Positions 47,575 through 56,691 of a DNA stretch of 64,000 nt are shown piece by piece (within the stretch, counting starts at the first letter, position 1; every line of letters starts with the position of its first letter). The position numbers and the translations under genes were made by a program. Location of the stretch: sequence record NC_026927.1; one strand, 5' to 3'. The notes beneath the pieces are model-generated. The model saw only the letters and a program-made list of their open reading frames with translations. It made no database searches and was not told where the DNA came from.

Positions 47575-47763
47575 ATGAAACAATACGACTACTCAGTAGA
47601 TCTCACAATAGCTGATGTAAAACTCATCCACCATTGTGTAACCAAGAGGATTGAAATGTGGGAGGGTTCTCCTGCACGTCCCCCAGAAGAACAAGAACAC
47701 TTGTGGGCACTAAGGGATGGGTTTTTCACTATCATCCTAGAAGAAACATTTAATAGAAAGTAA
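47575..47763 (+). CDS. Small conserved hypothetical protein
   Basis: 62 aa with EMWEGSPARPPEEQEHLW; plausible spacing between neighbours. Confidence 0.55.
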   Translation: MKQYDYSVDLTIADVKLIHHCVTKRIEMWEGSPARPPEEQEHLWALRDGFFTIILEETFNRK

Positions 47764-47810
47764 TACTATTTGATGGCATATACATACTAATAGGTTATGC
47801 CTATTACATT

Positions 47811-49274
47811 ATGTCATCTGACTTGACTATAACCAAAGTTAATGAAGTATATTTAAAAGTAGATTGTGACCCTCATATTCAGTATGAGTTGAGGGATGCC
47901 TTCTGCTTTGAAGTTCCTGGTGCTAAATTCCATCCGTCATACAGAAAGAAGTTCTGGGATGGAAATATTCACCTGTTCTCACCACAGACTAGACAACTAT
48001 ACGTAGGTCTATTGGATAGACTGATTGCCTTCTGTGATCAGTATGGGTATACGTATGCCTTTAAAGATAATAAGTTCTATGGTCTCCCATATGAGATTAA
48101 CGAGAACATCTCCCCAGAAGGGGTTACAGACTGGGTGAAGTCTATTACCAGTTATAAACCCCGTGACTATCAGTTGCACGGTATCTACGCCGCTCTACGG
48201 TCCAATAGGAAGTTGATTGTATCTCCTACTGCATCTGGTAAGTCATTGATGATCTATGCCTTGGTGGCATACTACACACAGAAACACGAAAATATATTGA
48301 TTGTTGTTCCTACTACATCTCTAGTGGAACAGATGTATAAGGATTTTGCAGACTACGGGTTTGATGTGGGAACGAACTGCCATAAGATATACGCTGGTAG
48401 AGAAAACACAACAGATAAACAAGTAACTATTACAACCTGGCAGTCTATCTACAAGTTACCTAAGACATACTTTCAGAAGTATAGTGTAGTGATTGGGGAT
48501 GAGGCACACAACTTCAAGTCTAAGTCTCTAGTATCCATTATGAGTAAGTTGTGTGATGCAAAGTATAGATATGGGTTCACAGGTACTTTAGACGGGTCAC
48601 AGACCCATAAGTGGGTGTTAGAGGGGTTGTTTGGTCCGTCATACAATACCATCAGAACAAAAGAGTTGATGGAGGCAGGTCATGTTGCTAAACTAGACAT
48701 CAAAGTTCTTCTACTAAAACATGATGAACAAATCTTTCCAAGATTTGAGGATGAAATCCAATATCTAATTGGACATGAGAAGAGAAACAAGTTTATCAGT
48801 AACTTATCTTTAGATCTAAAAGGTAACACTCTAGTTCTCTTTGCTAGGGTGGAGAAACACGGAGAGGTCCTCTACAATCTAATAAATAGTAAGGCAGAAG
48901 AGGGTAGAAACGTCTTCTTCGTTCATGGTGGTGTTGATGTAGAGTCCAGAGAACAGGTACGAACTATTACTGAGAGGGAGAACAATGCTATTATCATTGC
49001 CTCTTATGGAGTTTATAGTACGGGTATTAACATTAAAAACCTACACAACGTTATCTTTGCTTCCCCATCTAAGTCCAGGATCAGGAACCTGCAATCGATT
49101 GGTAGGGTACTGAGAAAGGGAACAAATAAAGATAAGGCAATGTTATATGACATTGCTGATGACTGCACAAAAGGATCAAGAAGAAACTACACACTTAATC
49201 ATCTTATAGAGAGGATCAAGATTTACAACAATGAAAAGTTCAATTATGACATAGTAAATATCAATCTAAGGTAA
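47811..49274 (+). CDS. uvsW: DNA helicase UvsW (SF2)
   Basis: PTASGKS, DEAH, GFTGT and QSIGRVLR helicase motifs. Confidence 0.95.
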   Translation: MSSDLTITKVNEVYLKVDCDPHIQYELRDAFCFEVPGAKFHPSYRKKFWDGNIHLFSPQTRQLYVGLLDRLIAFCDQYGYTYAFKDNKFYGLPYEINENISPEGVTDWVKSITSYKPRDYQLHGIYAALRSNRKLIVSPTASGKSLMIYALVAYYTQKHENILIVVPTTSLVEQMYKDFADYGFDVGTNCHKIYAGRENTTDKQVTITTWQSIYKLPKTYFQKYSVVIGDEAHNFKSKSLVSIMSKLCDAKYRYGFTGTLDGSQTHKWVLEGLFGPSYNTIRTKELMEAGHVAKLDIKVLLLKHDEQIFPRFEDEIQYLIGHEKRNKFISNLSLDLKGNTLVLFARVEKHGEVLYNLINSKAEEGRNVFFVHGGVDVESREQVRTITERENNAIIIASYGVYSTGINIKNLHNVIFASPSKSRIRNLQSIGRVLRKGTNKDKAMLYDIADDCTKGSRRNYTLNHLIERIKIYNNEKFNYDIVNINLR

Positions 49275-49278
49275 TCTT

Positions 49279-49683
49279 ATGAATGAGGTAAGACTAGCAG
49301 CAATCAAATTAGATAGTGGTGAAGAAATTATATGCTATGTCGTAGACGTAGTAGATAGGGGTTTGAATAAGAACCTTATAATTAAAGATCCACTTAAAGT
49401 TGAATATGTAGAAAGTACTAGAAAGAAAGCATATAAATTTACTCCATGGTTTCTACTAACTACAAGTAGGGAACATGAAATAGACATGAATAAGATCTTT
49501 GCTATCACAGGTGTCTATGATGAAGAAGTTAAAAAAGAATACACTAAATCATTTCACTTACAAATTGGACCACATAGTTTCAACCATACCAGTGAAACTG
49601 GTTATGTTGGATCAGTGAATAGGTTTAGAAAGCTTTTAGAGAAGATCTATAAGGAGGTGCCAAGTTCTCCTGATGAATGCTAA
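49279..49683 (+). CDS. Hypothetical protein with a small beta-barrel (Sm/SH3-like) N-terminus
   Basis: IKLDSGEEIICYV...IKDPL...PW pattern; usual position upstream of gp55. Confidence 0.6.
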   Translation: MNEVRLAAIKLDSGEEIICYVVDVVDRGLNKNLIIKDPLKVEYVESTRKKAYKFTPWFLLTTSREHEIDMNKIFAITGVYDEEVKKEYTKSFHLQIGPHSFNHTSETGYVGSVNRFRKLLEKIYKEVPSSPDEC

Positions 49684-49710
49684 GCGACCCCTTTTCAACT
49701 CCACAAGAGT

Positions 49711-49739
49711 ATTATAACGACCACCTGTTCAAATGGCAA
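49711..49739 (-). promoter_or_regulatory. Antisense sigma70-type promoter (TTGCCA-N17-TATAAT)
   Basis: On the plus strand, ATTATA at 49711-49716 and TGGCAA at 49734-49739 are exactly 17 nt apart. Confidence 0.55.
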
Positions 49740-49760
49740 GTATGAACCCCAAGGTATTCG

Positions 49761-49771
49761 TGTGTTATAAT
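49761..49771 (+). promoter_or_regulatory. Extended -10 promoter for gp55
   Basis: TGTGTTATAAT about 30 nt upstream of the ATG. Confidence 0.65.
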
Positions 49772-49801
49772 ATAAACATACTCAGATCCTAAGGAAATGA
49801 C

Positions 49802-50278
49802 ATGGCAAAGGCTAAATCAGAACACTACGTAAACAATAAAGAGTTGCTAGCAGCACTCATCGATTATCGTGATAGGTTGGATATCGCAAGAAGAAGAGAT
49901 TTACCTAAACCACGTATCAGTAACTACGTAGGAGAGTGTTTCCTTAAGATTGCCACTCACCTTTCATACAAACCCAACTTCGTTAACTACATGTTCCGTG
50001 AGGACATGATCTCGGATGGTATCGAGAACTGCGTACAATACATTCACAACTTTGACCCTAATAAGTCCAGAAACCCCTTTGCCTACTTCACTCAGATCAT
50101 CCACTATGCTTTTCTGCGTAGGATCCAAAGAGAGAAGAGACAACTAGACATCAAGAACAAGATTGTCGAGAAGACTGGTTTTGAGTCTCTGATGACAAGT
50201 GACACTAACTTGACAAACGAGTATAGGAACGATTATAATGCCATCAGGGAAAACATTATTAACAAACTGAACTCATGA
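49802..50278 (+). CDS. gp55: Late transcription sigma factor gp55
   Basis: HYVNNKELL, KIATHLSYKPNFVNY and NPFAYFTQIIHYAFLRRIQREK motifs. Confidence 0.95.
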   Translation: MAKAKSEHYVNNKELLAALIDYRDRLDIARRRDLPKPRISNYVGECFLKIATHLSYKPNFVNYMFREDMISDGIENCVQYIHNFDPNKSRNPFAYFTQIIHYAFLRRIQREKRQLDIKNKIVEKTGFESLMTSDTNLTNEYRNDYNAIRENIINKLNS

Positions 50279-50439
50279 ATCAGTACCCCACATCTTCTGA
50301 TAATAGAAGGAATGATGCACATCAAGAAGGCAGAACAACTTATATTAGTGAATCTGAATGCAAGGAATGTGGGTGTGTAGTCAAACTCGTATGGTCCAAT
50401 AGGTGTCATTTCTGCACCATCAATAAATCAAACTCATAA
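50275..50439 (+). CDS. Small Cys4 zinc-ribbon-like protein (54 aa), not in the ORF track
   Basis: MNQYPTSSDNRRNDAHQEGRTTYISESECKECGCVVKLVWSNRCHFCTINKSNS; ATGA overlap with the gp55 stop. Confidence 0.5.
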   Translation: MNQYPTSSDNRRNDAHQEGRTTYISESECKECGCVVKLVWSNRCHFCTINKSNS

Positions 50440-50454
50440 AGGGAACAAACTAGA

Positions 50455-51504
50455 ATGGCATTGATCGCAGTTATCACGGATACTCATTATGGGGCGAGAA
50501 AAGGTGCTCAGTATCTTCATGATCACTTTGAGAAGTTCTACTCTGAGGTATTCTTCCCCACACTAAAGGAGAGAGGTGTTAAAACCATTCTCCACATGGG
50601 TGACGCCTTTGATAGTAGGAAGTCTATTGGGTTTGAGGTACTCAACTGGGCAAAGAGAGTTGTATTCGATCCTATGGCAGAATACGATGTACATATGATC
50701 GTGGGAAATCATGATTGTTATTACAAATCTACCAACAGAACTAACTCTCCAGACCTACTACTCAAAGACTACGACAATATCACCACCTATCATAGACCTA
50801 CAGAGGTAACTCTAGAGGGTATGGATACACTCCTACTCCCTTGGATTTGTGATGACAACAGGGAAGAGTCCCTGAAGATGATCAAGTCTTCCAAGTCTAA
50901 GTTTGCTGCTGGTCACTTAGAACTAGATGGGTTTGAGGCATATAGGGGACATACTTACAGAGATGGTAAGTTGGACAATGGGGTATTCAATAACTTCGAT
51001 AAAGTATTCTCTGGACACTTTCACACCCGTTCAGACAACGGAAAGATCTTCTATGTGGGTAACCCTTATGAGATGTTCTGGAACGATGTAAATGATCCCA
51101 GAGGGTTTGTTCTACTGGATACTGAAACTCTAGAGGTTGAGTATATCAACAACCCACATACCCTTTTCTCCGTTATCTACTATGAAGATACCAACTATAA
51201 ACTCTTCAATGCCAAAGAGTATGAAGGTAAGATTGTAAAGGTTATTGTCAGAAAGAATACTGACAGGAAACTCTTTGATAAGTTTCTAGACAAACTTATG
51301 AAGACCAATATCCTAGACATGAAGATCGTAGAGAACTTCAATATTCAGGAGGGGGAGGACTTCCAGGTAGAAGATATCGAAGAGAACACCCTATCAATTC
51401 TCAACCGATATGTAGATGAAGCAGACTATGAAGATAGTTCTATTCAGAAAGATGATATTAAGAATCTTATCTCTCAAATCTACCGAGAGGCATGTGAAGT
51501 ATGA
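50455..51504 (+). CDS. gp47: Recombination endonuclease subunit gp47 (Mre11/SbcD-like)
   Basis: TDTHYG, HMGDAFD, VGNHD, GHLE and SGHFH metallophosphoesterase motifs. Confidence 0.95.
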   Translation: MALIAVITDTHYGARKGAQYLHDHFEKFYSEVFFPTLKERGVKTILHMGDAFDSRKSIGFEVLNWAKRVVFDPMAEYDVHMIVGNHDCYYKSTNRTNSPDLLLKDYDNITTYHRPTEVTLEGMDTLLLPWICDDNREESLKMIKSSKSKFAAGHLELDGFEAYRGHTYRDGKLDNGVFNNFDKVFSGHFHTRSDNGKIFYVGNPYEMFWNDVNDPRGFVLLDTETLEVEYINNPHTLFSVIYYEDTNYKLFNAKEYEGKIVKVIVRKNTDRKLFDKFLDKLMKTNILDMKIVENFNIQEGEDFQVEDIEENTLSILNRYVDEADYEDSSIQKDDIKNLISQIYREACEV

Positions 51505-51794
51505 GAGACGCATGTTATATCATTACTGCATCAGAAGCAAAGGGTATGGATGTATACACCATCAAATCTGAGGGTGTGAAGAATGTTCTAATCTTTGAGA
51601 AAGGTGAAGATGCTGAGAGGTATGTTATAATGTTGAATGAAGATGAAGGATACATTGTGGGTGAAACACTAGAACTGGAAGTTTTTGAGGTTCCACTATC
51701 TGCCGTGGTAGAATCCCTGAACGAGAAAGGCTATAGTTACATCTATGTTAAACCCGATGACCTGTTTATTCCACCTGATGCCAAGAAAGTTTAA
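51501..51794 (+). CDS. Conserved hypothetical protein between gp47 and gp46
   Basis: VLIFEKGEDAERY and PDDLFIPP motifs; ATGA coupling. Confidence 0.6.
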   Translation: MRDACYIITASEAKGMDVYTIKSEGVKNVLIFEKGEDAERYVIMLNEDEGYIVGETLELEVFEVPLSAVVESLNEKGYSYIYVKPDDLFIPPDAKKV

Positions 51795-51796
51795 TT

Positions 51797-53524
51797 ATGT
51801 TGTTGTTTAAGAAACTAAGATGGCAGAACTTCCTATCCACTGGAGACAAGGGTATTGAAGTTGATTTCCTAATGAACAATACCAATCTTATCATTGGTAG
51901 TAATGGTGCTGGTAAGAGTACCCTTTTGGATGCTCTTACCTTTGTTCTATTTAATAAGCCATTCAGGAAGATCACCAAACCTCAACTAGTTAATAGTATC
52001 ACTGAGAAGAGGTGTGTAGTTGAGATTGAGTTTGAAACAAACAATAAGAGTTACTTGGTTCGCCGTGGAATCAAACCTAATGTATTTGATATCGTAGTAG
52101 ATGGGAAACTATTAGACAAGCGTGGTGATGACAGGGATAACCAGAAACTATTAGAAGAGAATATTCTTAAGGTTAATTATAAATCATTCACTCAGGTGAT
52201 TATCCTTGGGGCATCTACCTTCGTCCCCTTTATGCAACTCACTGCCTCCAATCGTAGAGATGTGATTGAGGATCTACTAGACATCCGTGTATTTAGTCAG
52301 ATGTCAGGTATCGTCAAGGATCGTATCAGGCAACTCCGTGAAGATATCAAGATTCTAGATCTCAAGAGGGGATCTCTTAGAGATAAGTCTGAGATGCAGA
52401 AGAACTTTATCAATGAGATTACTAAGAAGGGTGAGAGTAATATTGAATCCAAAGGAGAGAAGATCAAGACTCTATTGTTTGAGAAGCAAACTCTAGAAAC
52501 CGAGAATATCACAACTCTAACTAAACTGAAAGAACTTCAGGATGAGTTGGAGGGACTAGAGGATGCTTCTGATAAACTACGTAAGTTGGGTAGTCTAAGG
52601 GGTAAGATTTCCCAGAAGATTACTACACTCACTAAGGAACACAAGTTCTTCAAAGACAATGCTTCCTGTCCTACCTGTACTCAGGATATTGATGAAGAGT
52701 TTCGTAGTGTCAGACTAAGTGAGTTGGGTGACAAAGCAAAGGAGATGAACAAAGGGTTTAAAGAACTAGAAGATACTATTGAACGAGAAGAGAACCGAGA
52801 GAATGAGTTTAAGAGTATCTCCAAACAGATTCTAGAACTCAACACCCAGGTAAGTACCAATAATACAAAGAACACCAGTATCAGTATGAATATTGGTGAT
52901 CTCGAAAGTGAGATTGGATCTATCAGGCACTCCATTGATAACCAAACAGAGGAGAAAGAGAAACTAGATCGTTTCCAAGATGACCTGAGTCGAGTATTTG
53001 ATACTCTCTCCACCAGAAACTCTGAGATGGATAACAATAAGTTTATCTATGAGTTACTAAAAGATGGTGGAGTGAAGACTAATATCATCCGCAAGTATAT
53101 TCCCTTCATCAACAAACAGGTGAATAGGTATCTCCAGATGATGGAGTTCTATATTAACTTCGAGTTAGATGAAGAGTTTAATGAGACTGTAGTATCACCT
53201 ATTCATGAGAACTTCTCATACTCTTCCTTCTCTGAGGGTGAGAAGATGAGAATTGACTTGGCACTTCTATTCACCTGGAGAGAAGTTGCTAGGGTTAGAA
53301 ACTCTGTGAATACAAACCTCCTAATTATGGATGAGGTGTTTGATAGTTCTCTAGATGGTTTTGGAACAGAAGAGTTCCTCAAAATCATCAGATATGTTGT
53401 ACAAGATGCTAATGTATTCATTATTAGTCACAAACAAGAACTCCACGAACGTTTCGATAGTGTTCTACGATTTGAAAAGGATAGAGGGTTCTCCAAACTA
53501 ACTCTAAATAAAACAAACGATTAA
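51797..53524 (+). CDS. gp46: Recombination endonuclease subunit gp46 (Rad50/SbcC-like)
   Basis: Walker A GSNGAGKS, zinc hook CPTC, signature FSEGEK, Walker B LIMDE, and ISH. Confidence 0.95.
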   Translation: MLLFKKLRWQNFLSTGDKGIEVDFLMNNTNLIIGSNGAGKSTLLDALTFVLFNKPFRKITKPQLVNSITEKRCVVEIEFETNNKSYLVRRGIKPNVFDIVVDGKLLDKRGDDRDNQKLLEENILKVNYKSFTQVIILGASTFVPFMQLTASNRRDVIEDLLDIRVFSQMSGIVKDRIRQLREDIKILDLKRGSLRDKSEMQKNFINEITKKGESNIESKGEKIKTLLFEKQTLETENITTLTKLKELQDELEGLEDASDKLRKLGSLRGKISQKITTLTKEHKFFKDNASCPTCTQDIDEEFRSVRLSELGDKAKEMNKGFKELEDTIEREENRENEFKSISKQILELNTQVSTNNTKNTSISMNIGDLESEIGSIRHSIDNQTEEKEKLDRFQDDLSRVFDTLSTRNSEMDNNKFIYELLKDGGVKTNIIRKYIPFINKQVNRYLQMMEFYINFELDEEFNETVVSPIHENFSYSSFSEGEKMRIDLALLFTWREVARVRNSVNTNLLIMDEVFDSSLDGFGTEEFLKIIRYVVQDANVFIISHKQELHERFDSVLRFEKDRGFSKLTLNKTND

Positions 53525-53529
53525 ATCTT

Positions 53530-53658
53530 ATGAAAAGGTTCTTGTTATTTGGTGCTATATTTGCACTAGTTGGGGCTGGACTATCACATGGTCAGTTCCA
53601 CCTCTACAACTCTTCTGTTCCACATGTTCATGAAAATGGAGTAATTCATTCACACTAA
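53530..53658 (+). CDS. His-rich exported or membrane-anchored peptide (42 aa), not in the ORF track
   Basis: MKRFLLFGAIFALVGAGLSHGQFHLYNSSVPHVHENGVIHSH; fills the gap between gp46 and the oxygenase. Confidence 0.6.
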   Translation: MKRFLLFGAIFALVGAGLSHGQFHLYNSSVPHVHENGVIHSH

Positions 53659-53662
53659 TATT

Positions 53663-54385
53663 ATGCAAGGTCTAGATCTAGTTATTGAATACCCAAACGT
53701 ATTTCCCGATGATCTATGTGATGAGATGATCGAGAGGTTTGAGAAGGATGATAGGAAAAGTAAGGGACATAACGGCTCCTTTGGACCTGAATTTACAACA
53801 GATAAGGTATCAATAGACCTATACTATACAGGACTACCCGAATGGGTTGATATTGATACTAAATCATTTGAGTTAATAACACCCTATGTTGCGGAATATG
53901 TGAATTTATTGAGTGATAACTTCCACATGAAGGAAACTGCTTTTATAAATGACCAGGGATATCAGATACAGAGAACTGATCCTGGTGGTTTCTTTAGTTG
54001 GCACTGTGACCATACTTCATATCCAATACTAGACCAACGCCTTATCAATACGCAGGGTGGTGATTCATATTGTATTCGTGATAGGATAGCTACCTATATC
54101 ATATACCTAAATGACAGAACTGGACTATCTGATGGAGTTACAGAGTTTGGGTTTGGTGATAACTTGAAGACAGTCACTGCAGAAAAAGGAAAACTCATCA
54201 TGTTTCCTGCTAACATTTTATATCCACATAGGGGAACTACCCTGGAAACTGGAGTAAAATACTTAATGACAGGTTGGGTAGTCCGTGACGCAGTGATGAG
54301 ATCTGAAATTTCACCACAAGATTATGAAGAAAGGTTTGAGAGATACGAGAGGATGCCCTATCTCACTCCAGTGGACAATCGATAA
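53663..54385 (+). CDS. 2OG-Fe(II) oxygenase (prolyl-4-hydroxylase-like)
   Basis: WHCD (HxD), IIYLND, PHRG and KYLMTGW motifs. Confidence 0.85.
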   Translation: MQGLDLVIEYPNVFPDDLCDEMIERFEKDDRKSKGHNGSFGPEFTTDKVSIDLYYTGLPEWVDIDTKSFELITPYVAEYVNLLSDNFHMKETAFINDQGYQIQRTDPGGFFSWHCDHTSYPILDQRLINTQGGDSYCIRDRIATYIIYLNDRTGLSDGVTEFGFGDNLKTVTAEKGKLIMFPANILYPHRGTTLETGVKYLMTGWVVRDAVMRSEISPQDYEERFERYERMPYLTPVDNR

Positions 54386-54429
54386 ACTGTCCACCCCCAC
54401 CAGTCATGGGGGTTTTTCTATGCCATAAT
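54371..54429 (+). promoter_or_regulatory. Palindrome, hairpin and extended -10 upstream of the peptidase/VWA gene
   Basis: GTGGACA-N10-TGTCCAC at 54371-54394, a CCCCA/TGGGG hairpin with T tract, and TGcCATAAT at 54421-54429. Confidence 0.5.
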
Positions 54430-54453
54430 AGGTTCATACCAAGGGAAACACCT

Positions 54454-56598
54454 ATGATCAACCTAGAAGTCAAAGGACAACTAGCGAAGCTCCTAGCAAC
54501 TGAGGATCTTATTGTGGAACACCGCAATGTAGATACCGCTATGTTCAATGTAGATACTCGTGTCCTGACTCTTCCTAGGTGGGAAAAGGCAAGTAATACT
54601 GTATTTGATCTTCTAATCTCACATGAGGTTGGCCACGCTCTCTTCACTCCCAATGAAGACTGGACTAGTAAGGTATCTTGTCCAAAGATGTTTGTGAATG
54701 TAACTGAAGATGCTCGTATTGAGTCTCTGATGAAGCGTAGGTTTGGTGGACTACCCAAGACTTTCTATAACGGATATAAAGAGTTATACAATGAAGACTT
54801 CTTTGGTATTGGTGATGAAGATCCATCTGGTATGCAGATTGCAGATAGGGTAAACCTACACTTCAAAGTTGGCAACTTTATCAAGATCCCCTTCACTAAA
54901 GAGGAACAGGTTGTTGTTGATCAGATTGCTAGTGCAAAGACTTTCAAAGACGCATTAGAATCCGCTGAAGCGTTATACGCCCTTCATAAAATAGAGAAAG
55001 AAGAGAAGGAGAAAGAGGTGGTGGCACCAATATCAGGTGATGATGGTGGCGGTGAATCTGATCAAGAAGATACAGATGGTGAGGAAGAAACAATCCAAAC
55101 AGAAACTGATAGTGGGGTTGAGGGTGGAGATAATACTGATGATGAACCAGGAGATTCTGAATCTAATACAGAAGACACAGTAGATAGTTCTGGTGGTGGA
55201 GATCAGAGTGATATAGATGATGACATAGTGAAGACTATGGAGAATGTGGAGGATAAACTAAAAGATCTAACCAACCCAAACCTCAGTGGTGAACCAATAT
55301 ATCTTACCCACCCTAAGATTGATTTGGATAAAGTTGTTATTTCCAATGAAACAGTTCACGAACGCATTGCCAGACACTGGAATATTCGTTTGTCACTACT
55401 CAAAACTGAGGATGAATCGAAACTAAAGGAAGTTGAATACTTTATCCATAGGGATTATGGTAGACATGAAGAAAGTTTCAGGAAGTTTAGGAAAGATATT
55501 CAACCTGAAGTTAACTATATGGTGAAAGAGTTTGAGTGTAAGAAGTCCGCAGATGCATACTCACGAGCAACAGTTTCTAAGACTGGTGTTCTGGATTGCA
55601 CCAAACTACATACTTACAGATACAATGAAGATCTGTTCAGGAAAGTTACCACTCTCCCTGAAGGTAAGAACCATGGTTTGATATTTGTTCTTGACTGGAG
55701 TGGTTCCATGTGTGAGGTTCTTTCCAATACTGTGAAGCAACTCCTATCACTGGTTATGTTCTGTGATAAAGTTGGTATTCCTTTTGATGTGTATACCTTC
55801 ACCAATGACTACAACAAATATGATCCATATGCTCCCAGAGAACTTGGGGAGGTGAATACCTTTGATCTAGGTGGCAATTTCAATATGGTGAATATTCTAA
55901 CCAGTAAGGTTAACCGTAAGACTCTAACCAAACAGATGGAGAGAATCTATATGATTGCCGAAATGTTTACCTATGGTAACTATGGATGTGTTCCTGATTG
56001 TATGTGCCTCTCAGGAACTCCCCTGAATGAAGCTATCCTTACTCTTCACTCAATTCTCCCTAAGTTTCAGAGTGAAAACAATGTTCAGAAAACACATACT
56101 ATCATTCTTACTGATGGTGAAGCGGGTGGTTCTAGATGTGTAAAGGAAAATAACCAGGAAGGTGGACGTGGTAAGTATGTTAGTCGTTTTGTTGGTAACC
56201 ATACTTACCTCCGTAATAGGAAAACAGGTGTAACTCGTAAGATTGAAACCTTTGGTGTTACTAAAGACCTATTAGAAGATCTCCGTGAAACCTTCCCCCA
56301 CAGCACTTTCACCGGGTTTCGTATTCTAGAAATTGGTGGTAGTTGGTTTGTTCGTCAGGCTGTTGGTTATGATCAACAGAAACTAACAGAATGGAAAAAG
56401 AACAAATCAATTTGTTTAGAAAACCAAGGTTATAATAAATACTTTGTTATACAATCAAACAAACTCAAGTATGATACTGAGTTTGATGTTGATGAAGGAG
56501 CTACAAAGGCGAAGATCAAATCCTCATTCGCCAAGTCCCTTAAAGGGAAGAAGAACAACAAACGTATCCTAGGTGATTTTATTGGAATGATCGCCTGA
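54454..56598 (+). CDS. HEXXH metallopeptidase-like plus VWA domain protein (CobT-like partner)
   Basis: Start re-called at MINLEVKGQLAKLLATE. HEVGH and EDARIE, an acidic linker, and MIDAS residues DWSGS / SGTP / LTDGE. Confidence 0.8.
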   Translation: MINLEVKGQLAKLLATEDLIVEHRNVDTAMFNVDTRVLTLPRWEKASNTVFDLLISHEVGHALFTPNEDWTSKVSCPKMFVNVTEDARIESLMKRRFGGLPKTFYNGYKELYNEDFFGIGDEDPSGMQIADRVNLHFKVGNFIKIPFTKEEQVVVDQIASAKTFKDALESAEALYALHKIEKEEKEKEVVAPISGDDGGGESDQEDTDGEEETIQTETDSGVEGGDNTDDEPGDSESNTEDTVDSSGGGDQSDIDDDIVKTMENVEDKLKDLTNPNLSGEPIYLTHPKIDLDKVVISNETVHERIARHWNIRLSLLKTEDESKLKEVEYFIHRDYGRHEESFRKFRKDIQPEVNYMVKEFECKKSADAYSRATVSKTGVLDCTKLHTYRYNEDLFRKVTTLPEGKNHGLIFVLDWSGSMCEVLSNTVKQLLSLVMFCDKVGIPFDVYTFTNDYNKYDPYAPRELGEVNTFDLGGNFNMVNILTSKVNRKTLTKQMERIYMIAEMFTYGNYGCVPDCMCLSGTPLNEAILTLHSILPKFQSENNVQKTHTIILTDGEAGGSRCVKENNQEGGRGKYVSRFVGNHTYLRNRKTGVTRKIETFGVTKDLLEDLRETFPHSTFTGFRILEIGGSWFVRQAVGYDQQKLTEWKKNKSICLENQGYNKYFVIQSNKLKYDTEFDVDEGATKAKIKSSFAKSLKGKKNNKRILGDFIGMIA

Positions 56599-56658
56599 TG
56601 TGACACTCCACAAACTGGCACAATGGGGGGTTGCAGGAATCCCCTTCCCGTGTATAAT
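56599..56658 (+). promoter_or_regulatory. Sigma70-type early promoter with upstream palindrome
   Basis: TTGCAG (56630-56635), N17, TATAAT (56653-56658); TGTGACA-N10-TGGCACA at 56599-56622. Confidence 0.65.
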
Positions 56659-56691
56659 AGTTGTATACCAAACAAGGAAACCACAAACTCA

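Noticed and set aside
54406-54453. Longer N-terminus for the peptidase/VWA gene, and likewise 56623-56691 for the AAA gene
   Set aside because: These extensions run through the promoter and hairpin regions; the downstream ATGs (54454, 56692) follow the -10 boxes and are the likelier starts.
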